Source: Patescibacteria group bacterium (GTDB lineage Bacteria > Patescibacteriota > Minisyncoccia > Moranbacterales > JAKLHP01). Taken from it: a stretch of 64,000 bases of DNA. Both the position numbers and the translations under genes were made by a program. Location of the stretch: positions 10,561-74,560 of the forward strand of contig JAZDKA010000034.1 of assembly GCA_043803385.1 (NCBI GenBank), in the 5' to 3' direction. A model generated the notes under the pieces. That model saw nothing but the letters and a program-made list of their open reading frames with translations, did not search any database and was not told the origin of the DNA. This document shows positions 34,843-44,437 of the stretch, piece by piece (positions within the stretch are counted from its first letter, which is position 1; each line of letters starts with the position of its first letter).

Positions 34843-35712
34843 TTGCCTATTATGTTTTATCGCAAGCTAAAATACGGAATAATATTATTTTTGCTGGCTC
34901 TCTGCCTGGTTTTAGCCGGTATTATTTATTTTTCTGAAAAAAACGATAATTTAAAAGTTATCTTTCTTGATATTGGGCAGGGAGACGCGATTCTTGTTTC
35001 GAAAGGATCATATCAGATGCTAATTGACGGAGGGCAGAACGGAAAATTGCTCTTGGAAAAACTGGGCAAATACATCCCTTTCTGGGACAGAAAAATAGAA
35101 GTGATGGTCGCTACCCATCCCGACCAGGATCATATCGCGGGTCTTGTTGGTGTTTTGGAAAAATATAAAGTCGAATCAATAATAAAAACGCAAGACAAAG
35201 GAAGCTCTCAAACATACAAAAAATTTGAAGAAGATATAACTGATGAAAAGGCCAATAATATCGATGCAATGAAGAACACTATTATTGATTTTTCTGATGG
35301 GGCACTGGCTAGAGTCTTGTACCCTTTTTCCGAAACCGGAGACGTAAGCGACAATGGATCCAATAGCGAAAGCGTAGTGATAAAAATCAACTATGGAGAA
35401 AATAGTTTTCTTTTGGCAGGGGATTTACCGAAAGACAAAGAGTTGGCGCTTATTAATTCCGGAGAAGATATTAGTTCAAAATTTCTTAAAGTTTCCCACC
35501 ATGGCTCGAAATATTCTACTGGAATGGATTTTCTGGAAAAAGTAAATCCAATAGACGCGATTATTTCCGTCGGGAAAAATAATTCCTATGGCCATCCGAA
35601 TGCGGAAATTCTGGATAGGCTGAAAGAAAAGATATCCAATATCCTAAGAACAGACGAAAAAGGCGATATTGTTTATGAATGCAGAAAGGATCTTGTTTGC
35701 AGAGCGAATTAA
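34843..35712 (+). CDS. ComEC C-terminal-type metallo-beta-lactamase domain protein (separate ORF)
   Basis: LDIGQGDAILV, ATHPDQDHIAGL and VSHHGSKYS: an MBL fold. N-terminal TM helix. Starts 4 nt after the comEC stop. Confidence 0.75.
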   Translation: MPIMFYRKLKYGIILFLLALCLVLAGIIYFSEKNDNLKVIFLDIGQGDAILVSKGSYQMLIDGGQNGKLLLEKLGKYIPFWDRKIEVMVATHPDQDHIAGLVGVLEKYKVESIIKTQDKGSSQTYKKFEEDITDEKANNIDAMKNTIIDFSDGALARVLYPFSETGDVSDNGSNSESVVIKINYGENSFLLAGDLPKDKELALINSGEDISSKFLKVSHHGSKYSTGMDFLEKVNPIDAIISVGKNNSYGHPNAEILDRLKEKISNILRTDEKGDIVYECRKDLVCRAN

Positions 35713-35782
35713 AGTTTGCGCTAATTCGACATAAATAGTAAAATAAAGCATACAAAAATAAAAATAGAAAGGAAGGTGATTA

Positions 35783-36247
35783 TTGATGAATAGCTACAAT
35801 TACGATTATTCGGCTCCAACGTCAGCAGCTGTCGGAGGAGGGATGATGGCAATATTCGGAGCAATGCTGCTCATTTGGCTCCTGGTAATGGCTGCAATTT
35901 ATATTTACTTTGCAATTTGTCTTATGAAAATTGCTAAGAAAACTAATACTCCCAATGCCTGGTTTGCTTGGATTCCGATTCTTAATTTGATTCTGATGAT
36001 CCAAGTCGCAAAAAAACCAATGTGGTGGATTATTATGTTTTTTATTCCATTTGTGAATATAATTTTCTCAATTTTGATTTGGATGGGAGTGGCTGAAGCT
36101 GTGGGAAAACCGAGCTGGGTGGGAGTTTTGATGATTGTGCCTATTGCCAATGTTATTGTTCCTGGATATTTAGCTTTTTCAAAAATGGATAGCGGAACTC
36201 CCAATGTTATGGCTCCGCCAGTTCCGCCAATTCAGCCAGTGGTATAA
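35783..36247 (+). CDS. Small polytopic membrane protein (DUF5684-like)
   Basis: Four hydrophobic helices: AWFAWIPILNLILMIQVAKKPMWW. Confidence 0.45.
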   Translation: MMNSYNYDYSAPTSAAVGGGMMAIFGAMLLIWLLVMAAIYIYFAICLMKIAKKTNTPNAWFAWIPILNLILMIQVAKKPMWWIIMFFIPFVNIIFSILIWMGVAEAVGKPSWVGVLMIVPIANVIVPGYLAFSKMDSGTPNVMAPPVPPIQPVV

Positions 36248-36327
36248 TATTTAAAAAATATGTCTGAAAATAAACAGCTTGTCCCTCACCATTTTTTAGG
36301 TAAGGTTAAGTTTATTGTTGAATTTAA

Positions 36328-36639
36328 TTGATAGCTATGGAAAATAATAGCTCGGGGGATAAAAAACTAAAAAATGGTGCGGGATTTAATTCCGAAGACG
36401 CAAGTTCTGTCGGAGAACAGTTAAACATTGATTGGAGTAAATTTGATGTGGAACAATTCAGGATGAGCATGGATGTTGAATTAGAGCATGGAAAACGCAA
36501 TTTAAACACCAATGTCACGGAAGACGATCCTTTGATAACTGGAAAAATTGCACTGGCTCATCTTAATGAATTTCCGGATTATTATACAAGGCTTTCGAAA
36601 ATGGAAAACGAGGCCGAAGAATACTGGAAAAATAAGTAA
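36328..36639 (+). CDS. Hypothetical protein (ELEHG motif)
   Basis: ORF with VELEHG...IALAHLNEFPDYY. Confidence 0.45.
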   Translation: MIAMENNSSGDKKLKNGAGFNSEDASSVGEQLNIDWSKFDVEQFRMSMDVELEHGKRNLNTNVTEDDPLITGKIALAHLNEFPDYYTRLSKMENEAEEYWKNK

Positions 36640-36667
36640 AAAATAATTCAATAAAATTTAATATCCC

Positions 36668-36763
36668 ATGAAAAAACAGGATACTCTGTTTAAAGTTGCC
36701 ATTGGAATAATGGCGACGATATTTCTTATTTTGGCTGCAGGCGCGGTGCTGTCGTTTATTTAA
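36668..36763 (+). CDS. Possible 31-aa single-TM peptide
   Basis: MKKQDTLFKVAIGIMATIFLILAAGAVLSFI. Not in the ORF track because it is short. Confidence 0.25.
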   Translation: MKKQDTLFKVAIGIMATIFLILAAGAVLSFI

Positions 36764-36861
36764 TAGAAATACATTGCATTTTTTTGATAAATTGCTACAA
36801 TAATGAAGAATCCCGAGGGAGGAGTTTTTTGTTTAATTTATTAACATAATATAATAGAAAA

Positions 36862-37941
36862 ATGAAATACGAAAAAGAATTTCCGATTTTCAAAACGAAA
36901 GTCGAAGGAGCAACAAAAAAATTAGATCTGTCTGATCCGGAGCAAAGGAAAGAATATTTTGAACTTAAAGCTGGGAAGGAAATCGCGAAACTGAAAAAAT
37001 ATCTTAATGAAGGAAAAACTTTCATAGTTTATCTTCTTGGGAAGAAAAATGCCGGAAAAGGGACTTATACCAAGCTGATGATGGAAATTTTCGGCAAAGA
37101 CAAAATCGGCCATATTTCAGTGGGAGATGTGGTGCGGGATGTGCATGCTTGCATGGAAGATGAAAAAGAAAAAAAAGATTTGCTGGAATATCTCCACAAA
37201 AATTACCGGGGATATATTTCTCCGGAACAAGGAATAGAAACTCTTCTGGGAAGGGACCAAAAAACTCTTCTTCCCGATGAATTTATTTTAGCACTGGCGA
37301 AAAGAGAGATTGATAAAATGGGAAAGAAGGCTCTTTTCCTTGACGGATTTCCGAGAAATTTGGATCAAGTTTCTTATTCGCTTTTTTTTAAGGAGCTTAT
37401 AGATTATCGCCAGGATCCTGATATTTTCGTGGCGATTGATATTCCCGAAGCGGTAATTGACGAGCGAATGAGGTGGAGGGTAGTTTGCCCGGACTGCCAT
37501 ACTCCTCGCAACCTCAAACTTTTCGCGACCAAAAAAGTGGGATATGACAAGGAGAAAAAGGAATTTTATTTGATCTGCGATGATCCTAATTGCGCCGAAA
37601 AAAGAATGGTGGCAAAAGTGGGAGATAATTTGGGAATCGAATCAATTCGGGACAGGATAGAGATGGATCAAAAACTTATTGATAAAGTTTTCTCGCTCCA
37701 TGGAATTCCTAAAATACTTTTGCGAAATGCAATGCCAGTTTCAGTTGCTGGCGAATATGCCGATGATTATGAAATTACTCCGGAATATTATTACGGATAT
37801 GACGAAACTTCTGACAGCGTGAATATTTTCACTAAGCCTTTCGCGGTGAAAGATGATGAAGGAGTAGAAGTTTACAGTTTGCTGGCTCCGCCGGTAGCAT
37901 TAGCTTTGATAAAAAATTTAGTGAAAGTTTTGGGGTTGTAG
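36862..37941 (+). CDS. Adenylate-kinase-like nucleoside monophosphate kinase with a Cys4 LID and a C-terminal extension
   Basis: P-loop LLGKKNAGKGTYTK, and VVCPDCHTPRN...LICDDPNCAEKRM (zinc LID). At 359 aa it is longer than canonical Adk. Confidence 0.5.
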   Translation: MKYEKEFPIFKTKVEGATKKLDLSDPEQRKEYFELKAGKEIAKLKKYLNEGKTFIVYLLGKKNAGKGTYTKLMMEIFGKDKIGHISVGDVVRDVHACMEDEKEKKDLLEYLHKNYRGYISPEQGIETLLGRDQKTLLPDEFILALAKREIDKMGKKALFLDGFPRNLDQVSYSLFFKELIDYRQDPDIFVAIDIPEAVIDERMRWRVVCPDCHTPRNLKLFATKKVGYDKEKKEFYLICDDPNCAEKRMVAKVGDNLGIESIRDRIEMDQKLIDKVFSLHGIPKILLRNAMPVSVAGEYADDYEITPEYYYGYDETSDSVNIFTKPFAVKDDEGVEVYSLLAPPVALALIKNLVKVLGL

Positions 37942-38061
37942 ATTAGTTCGTAAAGTTTATAAAGTTCGTAAAGTTTTAAAGTTTATAAAATTTTTTATTG
38001 AAAGAGGCTTTCCAGTCTCTTTTAATTTGTATTTAATTGTGATAGTTTAATTTATATTATG

Positions 38062-38132
38062 CGGGACGTAGTATAATGGTAGTACGCGAGGCTGGGGGTC
38101 TTGTAGCGGGAGTTCGATTCTCCCCGTCCCGA
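38062..38132 (+). tRNA. tRNA-Pro (anticodon GGG)
   Basis: Manual fold. Acceptor cgggacg / cgtcccg (7 bp), D-arm gtat / gtac, anticodon loop cuGGGgg, T-arm gggag-ttcgatt-ctccc. No encoded CCA. Confidence 0.7.
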
Positions 38133-38154
38133 CTAGATTAAAGTAAAACAAAAA

Positions 38155-38176
38155 CCCCGCCAAGGCGGGGTTTTTT
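38155..38176. terminator. Bidirectional terminator hairpin (ccccgcc aa ggcgggg plus T run)
   Basis: A GC-rich stem with an A run upstream and a T run downstream. Lies between the tRNA (+) and the convergent minus-strand gene. Confidence 0.6.
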
Positions 38177-38190
38177 AAGTTTGGATTAGA

Positions 38191-38415
38191 TTAGAATCGG
38201 TTTCTTCCACCGAAATCTCGTCTTGGTCCTCTGCTCATTCTTCTTTTTTTATTGCATTCGTAGCAATAAATTCTTCCGAAAGTTCCATCTTCTTTTTCAG
38301 TTGGTTGGAATGGAAGCTTGTCGATTTTTGCTCCGCATTCTGCGCAAGTGATATTAAGTTCCGTAACATCGAATAATTGTGCTTGAGGACGATTTCCATC
38401 GTTTTGAAAAGCCAT
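38191..38415 (-). CDS. Small zinc-ribbon protein
   Basis: CAECGAKI...CYECNKKRR (CxxC...CxxC) and a basic C-terminus. Confidence 0.5.
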   Translation of the reverse strand: MAFQNDGNRPQAQLFDVTELNITCAECGAKIDKLPFQPTEKEDGTFGRIYCYECNKKRRMSRGPRRDFGGRNRF

Positions 38416-38621
38416 TTGAATAGTTCACCTTCCTTTCTAACTTTCCGCCGATGAGGCGGATTAAGATTTATTTTGGTGATCTACTTTGATAGCTTCTCAA
38501 AAACTAATGTTTTATGGTTGAATCCGATCGCTATATTTCACCTGGAAATGATGATAGCATAAATGAAGAAATGAGTCAAGTCTTGAAAAGATACGAAATT
38601 AAGGTATAATTCAAAAGTTAG

Positions 38622-38708
38622 GGAAGAGTGCCTGAGAGGCTGAAAGGGGCTCCGTGCTAAGGAGTTGTCCTCGCAAGGGGACCGTGAGTTCGAATCTCAC
38701 CTCTTCCG
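38622..38708 (+). tRNA. tRNA-Ser (anticodon GCU), long variable arm
   Basis: Acceptor ggaagag / ctcttcc, anticodon loop guGCUaa, T-arm gtgag-ttcgaat-ctcac. Closely parallels E. coli tRNA-Ser(GCU). There is a tataat 12 nt upstream. Confidence 0.8.
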
Positions 38709-38793
38709 CATCTGAAATTAACAAAAAAGTTATCCACAGGAGAGACTGACTGGTATTTGAATAGTGATATAATATCACTATGGACCAACTAAT

Positions 38794-39990
38794 ATGAAAA
38801 AGAAAAAACTTCTAATTAATTTTGTTTATTACCGACCGGTTGGCCATGTGGTAGAAGCTTTGAAATATGCCAAGGGATATTACGAAGCAAATAATAATAA
38901 ATTGGATATTTACCTGTTGCTTAATGCAGATTCGCCCATAGAGTTAGCGGAAGCTTGCTATTGGATTAAAAAAACTTATCCGATATCCTTATCTGATATG
39001 ATGAAGCGAAAAGAAAAATCAGTATTGCTAAAGAATGTTCCAAAAATCTGGGATTATATAATATCAGATCATCGGGTAAATGAATTTAAAGCAGGCTGGG
39101 ATGAAAATGATTTGATTGAGACGCAAAAAATACTCCAGAATTATTTTATAGCCAGAATTAAAAAGGGGATTACACCGAAAAATGTTTTAACGACTTATCC
39201 AATTGATAAACTTAAAAAATCACAGACTTTACCATACAAGTTTAATCAACCAATCAGCATTCCTATTCCAACTAAATCAAAAAAGTTTATCCAGAAATAT
39301 AAACATAATGGGCTCAAAATTTGTATAATGCTTGGAGGTTCAGCCGGTGAAATTCAAAGCCCTTCAATAAAAATGTGGCTTAAAATTTGCCAAGCCTTAT
39401 TCCACAAATTTAAAAATTTAAGAATATATTTTACAGGAATTACCGAGAGCACCAGTGGCAGAACTAAAACAGTTGGATTTGCAAAAAAGGATGTTGAATA
39501 TTTAATTAAAAATCTTCCATTAGCGACCGACTGCTATAACATCGGATTTTGGAACCAATTAGCTCTAATTCAAATGTGTGATATTTTTCTTTCTCCTCAC
39601 ACAGGTTTTGCTTTTCTAGCTCCGACTGTCGGTACCCCCTGGTTGGCTTTATCCAATTGCCGCTGGCAAGAATATCTTTTCAACGAGTTGCCTTTCTATT
39701 CAGTTTTACCTTCTTGCGGTTATTATCCAGCCCAAGAAAATATTACTGAAGGTTGCGGGAAAAGATTAGCAAATAATAAAAAATGTTTGTGTATGAACGA
39801 AAAAAATTTGGCAACAAAAATTCCAGATGTCGTCAAAGGAGCCAAATTGCTATTCGATAATACGTTCACTTATGAAAAAGCAATGAAGCTTCACATAAAT
39901 AAAATCAAAAAAAATGATTTATATGATTTCAATAAATTTTTCTTTTTTGATGGTCCGTCAGTTTTAAAGAAAAGTATCAAAATTAAATAA
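38794..39990 (+). CDS. Glycosyltransferase family 9-like (heptosyltransferase-like) protein
   Basis: A KICIMLGGSAGEIQSPSIKMW region and a C-terminal GT-B half (PHTGFAFLA). The assignment is tentative. Confidence 0.4.
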   Translation: MKKKKLLINFVYYRPVGHVVEALKYAKGYYEANNNKLDIYLLLNADSPIELAEACYWIKKTYPISLSDMMKRKEKSVLLKNVPKIWDYIISDHRVNEFKAGWDENDLIETQKILQNYFIARIKKGITPKNVLTTYPIDKLKKSQTLPYKFNQPISIPIPTKSKKFIQKYKHNGLKICIMLGGSAGEIQSPSIKMWLKICQALFHKFKNLRIYFTGITESTSGRTKTVGFAKKDVEYLIKNLPLATDCYNIGFWNQLALIQMCDIFLSPHTGFAFLAPTVGTPWLALSNCRWQEYLFNELPFYSVLPSCGYYPAQENITEGCGKRLANNKKCLCMNEKNLATKIPDVVKGAKLLFDNTFTYEKAMKLHINKIKKNDLYDFNKFFFFDGPSVLKKSIKIK

Positions 39991-40081
39991 CAGATTGAGC
40001 GGTTGCTAGTTATTAAGGATAAAAAAGTTCGAACTTCGTCCAAAAAACACCGCTAAATTTAAAAATTGAGATAATAAACAT

Positions 40082-40498
40082 ATGAACGAAGAAATACCCA
40101 AAGTGTTAACCCCGGAGCAACAGCTGTCGCAAGAACGGGAAGATCGATACGCGCAGTGGATGAAAGACCATCCGGAAGTGGTAATTGCTCCAGAGAATAG
40201 GAGGGAATGCGATCCGGAAATCGCGGAATTAGAAAAGCTGATTGATTTGTTTGAATCCGAGTATTCACTTGAGGAACTGCATTTGATTATTGATCTGACG
40301 GTGGAAGAAGCTCCGCAACATCCTGTGCGAGAACCGGCGAGTTTAGCGCTTATTCCTATTAATGCGAAACTTAATAGTATAAAAGAGGAAACAAATATTT
40401 CTCGTAAGAAGCACGAAGAATTAAGAGCACGATATACGCGCCTCTCAAAAGCTGTTGGAATTATAAATAATAACAAAGTTGACCACGATTGTCCATGA
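40082..40498 (+). CDS. Hypothetical acidic protein of GC-rich composition
   Basis: The ORF is visibly GC-richer than the surrounding sequence. The overlapping antisense ORF is Ser-rich and low-complexity. Confidence 0.4.
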   Translation: MNEEIPKVLTPEQQLSQEREDRYAQWMKDHPEVVIAPENRRECDPEIAELEKLIDLFESEYSLEELHLIIDLTVEEAPQHPVREPASLALIPINAKLNSIKEETNISRKKHEELRARYTRLSKAVGIINNNKVDHDCP

Positions 40499-40589
40499 TG
40501 AGATACATAAGTAATCAAGCAACGACCGCCAATAAAAAATTACGTAATTCGTTACGTAATTTTTGTTATCCTATAATTTCAAAATTTAG

Positions 40590-41027
40590 TCAAAAATCTT
40601 CCAAGGGATCTCCATGCTCGTCAATTCCTCTTTTCAAATTTTCTTTCTTTAGCTTTTCTGCTCCGCTTATCATTCTTTTTCTTTCTAATTTAGTTATTGG
40701 AATTTTCGGTTTTCTGTCATTGAGAATTTTTCCTATCTGGCTTTTTAAGGTATGCCATAAATTTTCCTTAATCCCATTCTCTCTAAAAACCTGAGTGGAT
40801 ATTTTTAAAAATGTATCACTTCTGCTTTTATCTTCTAAAGTTGGCATCTGCTTTTCTTTTTCTAGCGCAATTATCCTGTTCTCCAGCCTTAATCTATCCA
40901 TTATTTCATCAGCAAGCATGTTTAATTTTTCTTCCGAGTAAGAGCTTATATCTTTTTGCCTCGGAAGTTCTGGTTTTCGTTTCGGATATTCCGTTTTTCG
41001 TTTCGGAAATTTTTGTGTTTCAAACAT
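40590..41027 (-). CDS. Hypothetical protein (downstream of comF on the same strand)
   Basis: ORF with a charged, coiled-coil-like composition. Co-oriented with comF and the clpC-like gene. Confidence 0.4.
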   Translation of the reverse strand: MFETQKFPKRKTEYPKRKPELPRQKDISSYSEEKLNMLADEIMDRLRLENRIIALEKEKQMPTLEDKSRSDTFLKISTQVFRENGIKENLWHTLKSQIGKILNDRKPKIPITKLERKRMISGAEKLKKENLKRGIDEHGDPLEDF

Positions 41028-41032
41028 ATTTT

Positions 41033-41731
41033 TTATTTATACCCTTGCCTGGCGATGACAATCGCGAAAACTTCGCTGGCGCCGGATTTTTTGAGCGTCT
41101 TGGCGCATTCAAAAATGGTGGCGCCGGTAGTCGAAATGTCATCGACCAGAAGGATTCTTTTGCTTTTTATGTATTTTAGCATATTTCTGGGAACTGCGAA
41201 CGCTTCAGCAATGTTCTTTTTTCTTGCTCCGCTATCCTTGATTTTCATTTGGGGATGGGTGTATTTTTTTCTAGTTAAAACTTCTTTCAGTATCGGAATG
41301 GAAAATCCGGGAGTTATATTTTTTCCCAGATAATCAGCCAGAAGTTCCGATTGGTTGAATCCGCGGTAGCGAAGCCTTCTTTTATGGAGAGGAACCGGAA
41401 TTATGGCATCGGGAAGGGGAAATTCATATTTCAAAATGGATCTCAAAAGCAGTTCTCCTAGCGGTTCGTGCAAGCCCGAAATAAAACGGTATTTGTAAAG
41501 ATGGATTAAATGGGAAACTAATTTATTTTGGTAAGAAACCGCCACCAGCATTCCATCGAGCGAATATTTCTTTTTGCATTCAAAACAAACATATCCGCTG
41601 GGGGTTATTTTCTTTTCGCAATAAGGGCAGAACTGCGTTTCTTTAAGGATTATTTTGTTCAGGCAATCATCGCAAAGCCAAATGCCCGGCTTGTTGCAAG
41701 AAATGCATTGAATTGGAAACAATGTATCCAA
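41033..41731 (-). CDS. comF: ComF-family phosphoribosyltransferase-domain competence protein
   Basis: N-terminal Cys4 zinc finger (CISCNK...CDDC, CPYC...CFEC). C-terminal PRTase motif ILLVDDISTTGAT. Confidence 0.8.
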   Translation of the reverse strand: MDTLFPIQCISCNKPGIWLCDDCLNKIILKETQFCPYCEKKITPSGYVCFECKKKYSLDGMLVAVSYQNKLVSHLIHLYKYRFISGLHEPLGELLLRSILKYEFPLPDAIIPVPLHKRRLRYRGFNQSELLADYLGKNITPGFSIPILKEVLTRKKYTHPQMKIKDSGARKKNIAEAFAVPRNMLKYIKSKRILLVDDISTTGATIFECAKTLKKSGASEVFAIVIARQGYK

Positions 41732-41766
41732 AACGATATCTTTTATCTTTTGTAATATTTTATTTT

Positions 41767-44274
41767 TTATAAAACTATAATTTTATCATCTTTAATATCC
41801 AATGATATTTTATTATTTTTCACCTTTCCTTCCACAATCTCTTTGGCTATTTTGTTTTCAACCAGTTCCTGGATATTTCTTCGGACCAGGCGCGCTCCCT
41901 GATCAAAGGCCAGGCTTTTTTTGGCAATGAAACTGATTATTTTGCCCGAATAGGACATTGAAATTCCCTGAAGGCCCAGCCTTTTTTTGAATTTTTCCAT
42001 TTCCAGCCTGGATATTTTTTTAATGCTTTTTTCTGATAAGGGGCTGAAAACTACAATGTGATCCAATCTGTTGATAATTTCCGGCTTTATTTGGCGCTTA
42101 AGCTCCCCAATTACTTTATCCCGGATTTCTTCGAACCTTTCATTTCCTTTTTTGCTTTTTGAACTGAATCCAATTCTGGAAGAATCGGTGAATTCTGAAG
42201 TTCCGAGGTTAGAAGTGAGGATTATTACCGTATTTTTGAAATTTATTTCTTTTCCCTCGGCATCAGTGAGAGTGCCATCTTCCAGAATCTGAAGAAGGAT
42301 ATTAAAGACATCTGGATGAGCTTTTTCAATTTCATCAAAAAGAACAACGCTGTAAGGCTGGTGGCGGATTTTTTCCGTGAGTTTTCCGCCTTCCTCATAT
42401 CCGACATATCCGGCCGGAGCGCCGATAAGCCTTGAAACATTATGCCTTTCCATAAGTTCGCTCATGTCGATCCTCACCAGGTTTTGCGAGCTTCCAAAAA
42501 AATCTTGGGCTAAAATTTTCGCTGTGAGTGTTTTTCCGACTCCGGTCGGGCCCAAGAACAGGAAAGATCCCAAAGGCCGGTCAGGATTGGCGATTCCGGA
42601 AGAAGATCTTACCAGCGTGTCGGATATTTTTTTAGTTGCTTCTTTTTGCCCGATTATTTTCGAATCCAGATTTTTTTCAAGATTTTTTATTTTCGCTGTC
42701 GATTTTTGAGTTCTAAACTTATCAGATGGGATTCCGGTTATCCTCGAGACTGTTTCCGCGATATCCGAATCGTTAATTTCCAAAATTCCTTCTTTTTCTT
42801 TTTCCTTCTGCTTATTTTTCAATTTTTCAATCCGGGCTGACAAATCTTTTTCCTTTTGCCGCAAAAGCAAAGCTTCATCGTATTTTTCTTCATTTACCAG
42901 ATAATTCTTTTTCTCGATCACTTTATTCCTTTCATTTTCCAAAGACTTCATTTCTCTTAGAAAATCAGGAGTTTCCCCCCTGTTTCGGATAGAAGAAGCG
43001 GTTTCATCAATAAGGTCAATGGCCTTGTCGGGAAGAAAGCGGTTATTGATGTATCTGGAGCTTAAATTCACCGCCTGTTCGATAGCTTCTCCGGTTATTG
43101 AAACATTATGGAATTTTTCATAGCTTTTCTTTATCCCTTCAAGTATCGATTTTGTTTCTTCCAAACTCGGCTCTTGAATTTTGATTGGCTGAAATCTTCT
43201 TTCGAGAGCCGGATCTTTTTCAAAGTGCTTTTTATATTCAGAAAATGTCGTGGCTCCGATGCACTGGATTTCTCCTTTGGAAAGAGCCGGTTTCAGGATA
43301 TTGGCGGCATCAAGGCCTCCGGACAAATTTCCCGCTCCAACAACGCTATGGATCTCGTCGATAAAGAGAATGATGTTTTTGTTTTCCGAAGCTTCCTTGA
43401 TTATTTCTTTAATTCTGGCTTCAAATTCTCCCCGAAAACTTGTTCCGGCAACAACTAACGCCATATCCAGAGACAAAATCCTTTTATCTGCCAGTTTTTC
43501 GGATATGCTTCCCTCGTTGATTTTTTGGGCTAATTTTGAAACGATGGCTGTTTTTCCGACTCCCGGGTCGCCAATCAGGACCGGATTATTTTTATTTTTT
43601 CTGCCTAAAATATCAACGACTCTTTCGATTTCTTTTTCTCTTCCTACGATGATTTCTTTCCTTCTTTCAACTTCCTTGTTCAAATCTACGCAAAATTGGT
43701 TAAGATAGGGAGTTGCCGGCGAACTCTTGCTGTTTTTGGCGATTGCCATATCCGGAAGGTCGAATATTTTTGAAAGATGGGCGAGGGAATCGCTAGTTAT
43801 CATTGATGATTTCAAGATATTATCCATGTTTATTTTACTGCTTATTTTTTTCGCCCCAGAAAGCTCTTCCTTGGCGGATGATTGCTGAAGAATTTTTTTA
43901 ATTTCTAAATCGTTTGATTCTAAAATAGCATAAACCAAGTGCTCGGTGCCAACATAGGGATAATTCAAATTGCTGGCGATAAAGTAAGCCTTGGTTATTA
44001 TAATTTTAAGTTCAGGAGAAATTTCAATTTCCGGTTTAGCGTTTGGCGGAAAATATTTTTTTGCCGGCGTTGCGTTTTTTTTCAGCAAGTCCTTGCTTAT
44101 GCCGATATTTTTCAGGATATTGCTTCCTAAACAGCTTTCTTCAAAAAAAATGGCATGGAGAAGATGATCGGGGTTTATTTCTGCCGATTTTTCAGCAAAT
44201 GCCAAATTGCCGGCTTCTTTCAAGCATTTTTTGGCATTTGAAGTGAGCTTTTGGGATATTTTGGCTTCAAGCAT
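41767..44274 (-). CDS. ClpC-like AAA+ ATPase (two nucleotide-binding domains, Clp_N repeats)
   Basis: Walker A motifs GDPGVGKT and GPTGVGKT. Also FIDEIH, SVVLFDEIEKAH and an N-terminal Clp_N double repeat. Confidence 0.85.
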   Translation of the reverse strand: MLEAKISQKLTSNAKKCLKEAGNLAFAEKSAEINPDHLLHAIFFEESCLGSNILKNIGISKDLLKKNATPAKKYFPPNAKPEIEISPELKIIITKAYFIASNLNYPYVGTEHLVYAILESNDLEIKKILQQSSAKEELSGAKKISSKINMDNILKSSMITSDSLAHLSKIFDLPDMAIAKNSKSSPATPYLNQFCVDLNKEVERRKEIIVGREKEIERVVDILGRKNKNNPVLIGDPGVGKTAIVSKLAQKINEGSISEKLADKRILSLDMALVVAGTSFRGEFEARIKEIIKEASENKNIILFIDEIHSVVGAGNLSGGLDAANILKPALSKGEIQCIGATTFSEYKKHFEKDPALERRFQPIKIQEPSLEETKSILEGIKKSYEKFHNVSITGEAIEQAVNLSSRYINNRFLPDKAIDLIDETASSIRNRGETPDFLREMKSLENERNKVIEKKNYLVNEEKYDEALLLRQKEKDLSARIEKLKNKQKEKEKEGILEINDSDIAETVSRITGIPSDKFRTQKSTAKIKNLEKNLDSKIIGQKEATKKISDTLVRSSSGIANPDRPLGSFLFLGPTGVGKTLTAKILAQDFFGSSQNLVRIDMSELMERHNVSRLIGAPAGYVGYEEGGKLTEKIRHQPYSVVLFDEIEKAHPDVFNILLQILEDGTLTDAEGKEINFKNTVIILTSNLGTSEFTDSSRIGFSSKSKKGNERFEEIRDKVIGELKRQIKPEIINRLDHIVVFSPLSEKSIKKISRLEMEKFKKRLGLQGISMSYSGKIISFIAKKSLAFDQGARLVRRNIQELVENKIAKEIVEGKVKNNKISLDIKDDKIIVL

Positions 44275-44437
44275 AATAGTATTCTATTTTAATGGCAAAA
44301 AAAGGTCAATGAAGAGAATGATGATGCTGGCTTTTGCATTGATTTCTAAAATATGTTATTATTTACGTAAAGTTGAAAACTTTCTAATTTCAGACGAAAG
44401 TTTGTTTAAGGTTAGGAAACAATAATATAAAAACAAA

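Noticed and set aside
40006-40518. Minus-strand 170-aa ORF overlapping 40082-40498
   Set aside because: Ser-rich and low-complexity, with no RBS. The plus-strand partner has more protein-like composition. Both are low-confidence.
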